Source: Podarcis vaucheri (Eukaryota). From it: DNA of 64,000 nt. This document shows, piece by piece, positions 56,901 through 64,000 of this stretch. A program made the position numbers and the translations under genes. Numbering within the stretch: the first letter of the stretch is position 1; every line of letters starts with the position of its first letter. The notes below the pieces were generated by a model that saw only the letters and a list, made by a program, of their open reading frames with translations, made no database searches and was not told where the DNA came from. The stretch is taken from NCBI GenBank assembly GCA_965113315.1, contig OZ220371.1. One strand, given 5' to 3'.

Positions 56901-59900
56901 AGCGAAACGATACACATAAATTATTCTACCTCTCCGATTCATAAGGATCAGGAAGAAGTGCATTTGTAGAAATGCAAGATGAAGTAGATTTATCAAAACT
57001 GTATACTGGGCCTAAAAACAAAGCAAAACAAAACAAAAAAAGTACACAAATTAATGGACAATCAAGATGAAGATGCAGGTCTCTCTCTTATTAAAGTGTT
57101 AGGCATTCAACACACCATAAGGAAATTAAGTTTTTAAAACAAGACAGCAAAAATATTGTATTTAGGTCTGTCTACTATATAATAAAACAGTGCTCTGCAT
57201 ACATTTTTTTCACCATTTTCATTTCTCCTCAAAACTGCAAGCAGTATTCAGTCACCTTTGTAACAAATATGAGTTGAGGTTTATACATGCTAGAAATAAT
57301 GTTTCCCAACAGTGCTTTAACATTATATTTCCCCCCTGAATATGTAAAACCAAGTTAAAAATGCATGCACCCCACATCAACTATGTGTGGTCAGTGCATA
57401 TTATCACCATCACTTTTCCTCAACAAAATCAAAAGCAGCAGCAATTGATATAGAACCGGGACCCAATTTCATTACCTTTTACCAAAAGAAGTGGAAAGAA
57501 AAATGTGTCTCAACTGATATATGGTATTTATACTTTGCATACCAGGTCCAAATTCAAAATGTAAAGTGAAGCGACCCTAAACTACCATTCCTTATACTTC
57601 TTCTGGCTCGGAGTGTACAACCCGCTCCAATCCATTTTGTCAACACACCATGGCAGCTCTAATTTTAGTAATTCTATCTTGCAGAGTGGAGGGCATTGGC
57701 ACAGGAACAAAATTGGAGCAATGTGAAAATAGAAAAACTGAAAGCATTGTTTGCTCAAACTTATCTCCAAAAAGGTGTGTGGAAGCCATGCTACACAACA
57801 CCATTTTGCACATCAAGGAGAACCTACTGCCTGGCAGCACTTCAAATTGTGGCTTCCCCTCTTCTACGGATACAAGAGTTGCCAGCTTTGCTTCCAACAT
57901 TTCACCATCTATGAAGTGTCCATAATAGGCCATCTTCCCATCAGGGTACACATAGGCTATCTTCTCGCCAGTCATCTCTCCCTCTTCATTAACTTCTCCA
58001 ACCAGATGTCCACCATCCTGAATGAGAAGCATAATATTGGTACAATAAATGCTGCACCTTTTTAAGAGGGAAATGTTTCTGTGTGCACACACGTTTTTAA
58101 AACCTTTCAATAGCAACACAGATATTGCACTGCATCCAACTAACTTTTTCTCAGAGAAGACCCATTGAAATTAATGGACCTAAGTTAATCATGTCAATGA
58201 GTCTACTCCAGGTATAATTTAGATGGATACCACCCAAAAGTAACAACTGTGCTAATTGAAATACGTTTATAATATTTTTGTTTCATAGGTACCAGCTGAA
58301 GCTTAGGTTATTTAAACCTCACTTCCTGCTGCCTCTGATCTTTTGCTACCCTGTACAGATCTCAGTGACTTGTGTTTATTCCAGCAATCCAGTTCTGCTA
58401 TAACAAAGCCCTGTGTAAATCCAGGGTATTTCTACAAAAAAAAGGGGGGGCACTTCCAAACAAATTGCAGCCAAATTAACCATAAACCAAGTAAAATAAC
58501 TGAACAGTATTCTTTAGCTCTTCAATCCATAAACAGATAGATGGATAAATAAATAACCTGCAGCGGATTTTTTTTTTTGAGGGGTTTTGTGAACCAAAGA
58601 TAAAAACCGTAAGAGCCTTGTTAGAGATCCATTACAGCTTCATCTCCAAGATTGTGACAGCCATTATGGGCCTGTTCACTATTTTATTGAGAAGCATAGA
58701 ACAGACACTTCTCTGAACAGGTTCTTTGCGTCTCTAGTCATGCCTAGTAAGTTATATATATATATTTAACTTCCCAAGATTATCCAGTTAAATGCTGATA
58801 TTTATAAACACAGTTTTTACACAGAAGTCACATTGACCTTTGGGGGGGTGGGGCTGGGGAGGACAGCAAAAATATAGATGTTTAAAAGCACACTGAATCC
58901 TTTTTTCTAGCTTCCAAGTTCAGAACATTTTGTTACAGCGGACTGATGTCTAAAGCATGTGCATAGTTACTATTCAGTATTTATTTAGGCAAAGTGTCAC
59001 TAGCTTGAGTGGCCTGAATAGAGCTATTCATTTGTGAAAGCCAGAGGCAACCCTGCTATAATGGTTCTAAATTAAAGACAGTAGAGAACTATGTTCAGCA
59101 AAGTATTTATGAAGAAAAGCACCTCTCTTAGAATGAAAAGTAAAACCCACAAAGGTTTGACAAATCTTTAAAAAGATGCACATGGCTGAGAAAGGCACAT
59201 GGTGCGTTTTACTCTCATGTACACAGTTTGCACACAGCAGCAACTTGTGGAAGGCAAATGTACCCTATCACGCATAATCTGCATCCAAATTCTGAGAAGC
59301 CACAACCACCACAAGTGTGAAAAGGATTGCTAGGATTCTGGTAGGCTGCCAAATCACAACCCTTTGCTCTCCTTTGCAGGTGGCAGTTATGCAGCCCAGC
59401 TGTCTCTCTCAACAGCGCAACGGGATTTGTCTTCCCCATGTGTAAGATATCACTTCATCCCCTACTTTGCTGCCACACCTCCCCATTTAGGTTTATAACT
59501 CATTTCCCACCTTGCATATTTGAAAAAGTCCAACGTACTTACAGGGTAGTATATCCAACAAATCCCACATCGAATATTATCTTTGTATTGCCCTTTGAAT
59601 ATCAGTCGCCCATCAGCATCATATTCCTGGGCTGGCCCATTTAGTTCTCCATCTACGTAAGTGCCATGAAGAGCTCCTCCATCTTCATATGTATATACAC
59701 CCTGGCCTTGCAGAGCATCATCCACATAATAGCCTTCTAATGTGCTGGTAACGAGAAAAGGGTAGGGCACAGGGATCAATAGTATCTAGTTTATTATATG
59801 AAATGTTCTCAAAGTAAAAATGTCTCATTACCTTAAGGACACTCTCCCCACAATGCAGAACTGCTAGGGCTTCAATATCAGCCTCAGCCACTTTGCTCTC

Positions 59901-61341
59901 TGTACCATCATCTCAGGTAAGTGAGCAACAGGACCTTCTTGGTAGTGGCCCAGTAACTCTACCATTCTGACTTGCGGAGATCTGTCAGGCTCCCTCTCTG
60001 GTTCATTTTCATCACAAGTTGGAAACATTTCTTTTCTGGGCAGCCTTTAACATCTCAGTTTTTACTATCACTGGCTTTCTATACTTGTAGATCATTGCTC
60101 TTAATCTGTTTATGGAAGTGTTTAAAATGTGTGTTGCTTTTTAATTTGGTTTTTAAACCAAATTACTGGAGGCTAAACCCCTGCTTGCTCTGCTTACCAA
60201 TCCACCTGCCATTCCCTCCACATTAACACTTTAGCACTTCCCCTTCCCACCCCATGCAACTACCGGTATTAAGCTTGATTTTCCCCCTCCCAAACCCCAT
60301 TTTCTGATACCACTTCTCTCTTCTATAATGCAATCGCACTTTGTCTCCCTGTTTTCACCTTCACCCCCATGCCTTTGCCTCCTCCTCTTGTGCAACCTCC
60401 CTTGCACACAACCCCCCCCCCAATAACCTCATATTATACATCTCCCATACACTGTATTGCTAAGCACCCTTTTTACCTTCTGCCCAATTATGAAGACACT
60501 ATCCCCTGCTATTCTTCAGACTCTTTCATGCCAGTTTTCATATTCAACCCCATTCCGATGCCACCTGCTTCCTCCTTTCTTGCACCCTGATTTTCACCAT
60601 CACTTCCTTTCTACCTCCACCGCCTCCTTACTTTTCTGAACTGTCCCTGGCACACGGATTAAACCCATTTCCAGACTTCATCCTCTCTCCTGTTCTGCAG
60701 TCTCCCTTGTGTGCACACCCCATGCTATTACTGTATGTTTAAGGTGACTAGAACCTTAAGAGCAAGCCTGTCAGTTATCTTGCTCAGTTAGAGAAGGTTA
60801 CATCCGTTGATGGATGCTGTACATATAATTACTATACTGGACATGGAGCTTTGTGTTGAAGACAACACATGGTACCAGGAGTGAAATACATTGTGGGAAG
60901 GTACTATGGAATGTTTCAGGGCTCTAATGAGGCAGCTGAGGAATGGAATAGGGAGAAGTTTAGAACAGCTTTTTTTCCCTCCCTTTCAGTGTCTCTCCCT
61001 TCTTGCTCTACTCAAACAGCATTAGCAGAGTGAACTGCAAGGGTAAGGTGTGGGAGGAGATTTATTAACTTTGTCTTATTTTCACAGCCATAGTCTAGAA
61101 AAAACCCCCACAAAGTTATAAAAATATTTGAAGTATTAAGCAAGCAAGCAAGCAAACAAACAAACAAACAAACAAACAAACAAACAAAGCCATACCCAAA
61201 AGAATGCCTACCTTCCATCAAAGAAAAAGAACTTTCCACGGCCATTCTTCTCTCCGTGCACAAAGTTTCCCTCAAATCTGTCTGTGGAGGAGTATGTGAC
61301 CGTACAGAACCCGTGCGGCATCCCATCATCATCGAGTGCAC
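53771..61341 (-). CDS. SETD7: Lysine N-methyltransferase SETD7 (SET7/9), exons 2-8; exon 1 not found in the window
   Basis: Exons (- strand) 61341-61212, 59744-59543, 58017-57828, 57011-56930, 56218-56101, 55259-55102, 53951-53771. MORN repeats, SET motifs [14 protein letters not shown] and ELTVAYGY, ending [19 protein letters not shown]. Confidence 0.98.
55102..55259 (-). CDS. SETD7: SETD7 exon 7 (VDGRDWAL...[13 protein letters not shown])
   Basis: tttag|GTG...GACTC|gtaagt, 158 nt. Confidence 0.96.
55386..55631. mobile_element. Tc1/mariner-pogo-type MITE
   Basis: TA+CAGTCATGCCTCAGGTT...CAGAGGTACCACTG+TA; paralogue of 8130-8367. Confidence 0.9.
56101..56218 (-). CDS. SETD7: SETD7 exon 6 (RVYVDASL...RITHQE)
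   Basis: atcag|G GTA...CAGGAG|gtaaag, 118 nt. Confidence 0.96.
56930..57011 (-). CDS. SETD7: SETD7 exon 5 (SPVYSFDK...DPYESE)
   Basis: tttag|GC CCA...GAGAG|gtagaa, 82 nt. Confidence 0.95.
57828..58017 (-). CDS. SETD7: SETD7 exon 4 (DGGHLVGE...FEVLPG)
   Basis: ttcag|GAT...GGCA|gtaggt, 190 nt. Confidence 0.93.
59543..59744 (-). CDS. SETD7: SETD7 exon 3 (STLEGYYV...CWIYYP)
   Basis: accag|C ACA...CCT|gtaagt, 202 nt. Confidence 0.96.
61138..61187. repeat. Compound microsatellite (AAGC)n(AAAC)n
   Basis: Directly visible. Confidence 0.95.
61212..61341 (-). CDS. SETD7: SETD7 exon 2 ([11 protein letters not shown]...FFFFDG)
   Basis: ttag|GT...GGAAG|gtaggc, 130 nt. Confidence 0.96.
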
Positions 61342-61401
61342 CTAATAAAAATTGAAAAGAGGCCAGTGAGACCAAGACAATGATACTGCAAGAGTTCATG
61401 C

Positions 61402-61548
61402 CAGTGGCGTAGCGTGGGTTGTCAGCACCCGGGGCAAGGCAAGTAATTTGCGTCCCCTAACCCGTGGATTTGCTCCCCCTAACCCTAACCCCCAGATGTT
61501 GCACCCAGTGCGGCCGGCCCCCCCTGCACCCCCCATGCTACGCCACTG
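61402..61548. mobile_element. hAT-type MITE with perfect 8-bp TSD
   Basis: TIR CAGTGGCGTAGCGTGGG / CCCATGCTACGCCACTG; TSD gttcatgc at 61394-61401 and 61549-61556. Confidence 0.93.
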
Positions 61549-62527
61549 GTTCATGCAGATGTACCTTCATGTGGATTGGACGTGGGGTTTTCTGCTTTAG
61601 CACAAGCTCCGACTCCTAACACAGCCTCTGTTCCTCTACTGCTGCACAATCCTGGCTCAGACATCAGCATGGATTACTGCCCTTAGCCTCCATGCTTTGG
61701 CCAAACTACTCACTTTTAAGAAACCTTGTTTTCAGATAGCCAGCATATTGATTAACTTAATTGTTTCTTTGTCCTTCCCCTTCTGAACTTAAAACACTAT
61801 TCTGGATGTGGGGACTGAAGAACAGTTGTGCAATTGCCCTAAGAACTAGCCAGCATAGCTGGGAAGCTTCAAGAACCTATTCACACACTGACACACCAAG
61901 TACAGTGGAACAGAACCATGCCAAATTCACAAAATACATGAAGAATGTACATATACAAAAACATAATGCAGTATAAAAATAAATAAAATCAGAGGGCTAC
62001 AAAGCAGTATAATGTAAAATTCCAAACACCATAATGCATATACAATCATTTGTCCAAGTTCACTTACCATCCATTTCACACAAAATTCACTTCCTCAAGC
62101 ATTACCACGTATACAAAAACCACTCATACCCAACAATATCACAACTCACATACAAAGGGTCACTGCCAAGCATATATATAAAATACACTCCTAATGTCTG
62201 ACGCACTCATGAACTCATGCCCCACTCCCATGGGACTATCTAATTCTCTTATCCCATCTCTCACCTGAGAAGGGTCCAGATCTATACTAGAGCAGGTTTT
62301 CACCTTGAAGGGTATAGAACTACTTCCATCCACTCACTCCCAATTGCAGAATCATAACACATGTCTTCTGTTTTGATTTTATATTTGTTGTATCATTGAA
62401 AACAAACAAACAAACATTTAAAGAATAGCATGTGTGGTACTGCACAACCTCAACACCTGATAAAGAACCATCAGCACTGGTAGCATCACCCTCACACTAA
62501 AGGTGCCCCTAAACGTCACCATCACCT

Positions 62528-62669
62528 CATAGAACCATAGAATTCTAGAGTTGGAAGGGACCCTGAGGATCATCTAGTCCAACCCTCTGCAATGCAACTG
62601 TCCCATATGGGGATCAAACCTGCAATCTTGGCATTATCAGCATCATGCTCTAACCCACTAAACTAAGCC
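62528..62669 (-). mobile_element. tRNA-Ile-derived SINE with CR1-type 3' tail
   Basis: Head ggcttagtttagtgggttagagcatgatgctgataatgccaagattgcaggtttgatccccatatggg resembles tRNA-Ile; same tail as 4171-4240. Confidence 0.8.
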
Positions 62670-64000
62670 ACTAGTCCCCAAATTGTTGCAGCCAACCAGA
62701 TGCTAGGCTCTCTCCCTCTGCACCAGCAACTTGGCCTGGTTATATGTGATGAGTCAACTCCCATCATTATTTAGCGTCAGCTATAACTCAAAGTCATGCC
62801 TGACATAGTTTCCTTGACTACAGGAAATTCCATAGCCTGTATGGGCCATGCCATCAGTCTGCAGCAGAAGGAAGGGATGTAGGGCTACTCTGTCGCCCTG
62901 GTGAGGGGCCAAATCCATCACATCTCCCTTCTCTCATCTGGCAACATGAAGCTGCAGCAGGAGACTCCATCAGTTCTGCTTAGAGACCAGCTGTCATCCT
63001 TTGCACTAGCAAATGCACTACAGTGAGGAGAACTACAGCTAGTTTTGCTAAGGAGCTGCTGCAGCGTTTATCAGTTGTCCTTCCTCAGTGCACAGCCTGT
63101 TCATACAAAACCAGAAACCCCAACCTGCAGCATCATAAAACTTGGGATACGTGTGAGGAATGTGTTTTGATCCACATGTATCCTATATGCTTCTCATACT
63201 TGAGACAACTGTTTGCTCATGAAATGGTTAATGTTCTTGAGGAGAAGAAAGAGGAACCAATCAAGCTTTGAGCAATTTTTACATGCGTTCAAATATCTGT
63301 CTTCACAGTTTGTGACAGACAGCAAAAGCACAGGCTGTTTTAGAAGACTCTTACGGGGACTCTAGTACTGGTACTTGGCTGATCTATAGGAATGGGTCGC
63401 ACAAGCCATCCAAGAAAGCATAAATTGTGTAACTGTCAGTCCTCAGGCAAAGCTCACTTGTAACTTTATATCAGTCTGCAGTGGCTGAACCGAACTTGAC
63501 ATTTGTTCCACACAGTCTCGTTCAGACCACTGAATTATTTTTCCATTTTGCTTTTTAGAAGGCTTGGAGCCAGTCTCTTAGGCTGGTGTACACATTATCG
63601 TTTACTCTGGAACCGCTGTGATCTCACCACTGGTGTCTGAACCCATGTGCAGATGGGCACAATCTATCTCCATACTATAGTTTATTGAGAAATACTGCTG
63701 TATGCTTTATTAATGTTGCAGCTAAGCTGGTGTGCACATCAGAGAAGGAAGATTGCACAGCAAAAGTGGCCATGGCATGGGAGCAAGAAGGGAGAGAGAT
63801 TGAGAGGGAGGAAATGAGTGATTCAAAACTTTTAAGTTAATGGGTATATAGCCTTAGTTAAGGAGCAAATTCGAAACCTTGATCAAATTTTGCTTAAAGC
63901 CTCTGGAACTCAAGATCATAACAGATACAAGATAGTAACAAGCTGGGTGGATGAGAACAAAGGGGCCTGCAGGCAATCAAATGACACTTCCATGTCAAGG

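Noticed and set aside
57828-57831. Possible GC donor (CAG|gcagta) 3 nt upstream of the SETD7 exon 4 GT donor
   Set aside because: The GT donor gives the expected 190-nt exon, and the GC site lacks the strong consensus that GC donors need

Overview
Vertebrate genomic DNA, most likely from a squamate (lacertid-like lizard), judged from the Sauria SINE, Squam3-like SINE, BovB tail and lizard-type CR1/L2/MITE content. Genes in order: the 3' part of NAA15 (+, 16 coding exons, 1591-20403); RAB33B (+, CpG-island promoter, 2 coding exons, 227 aa); a gene on the - strand that I cannot name, reconstructed from six GT-AG coding exons at 37547-30252; and SETD7 exons 2-8 (-, 61341-53771, exon 1 not found in the window). 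The unnamed gene encodes an intact 224-aa four-transmembrane CD20/MS4A-like protein with a juxtamembrane Cys cluster, an acidic tail and a terminal PPPY/YxxM motif. It lies between RAB33B and SETD7, which as far as I recall are adjacent protein-coding genes in human. It is the main candidate for an undescribed system here. Introns and intergenic DNA carry many SINEs, LINE fragments and MITEs, some nested. There is a 140-nt N gap at 21356-21495. All comparisons with human genes and repeat families are from memory, not from database searches.
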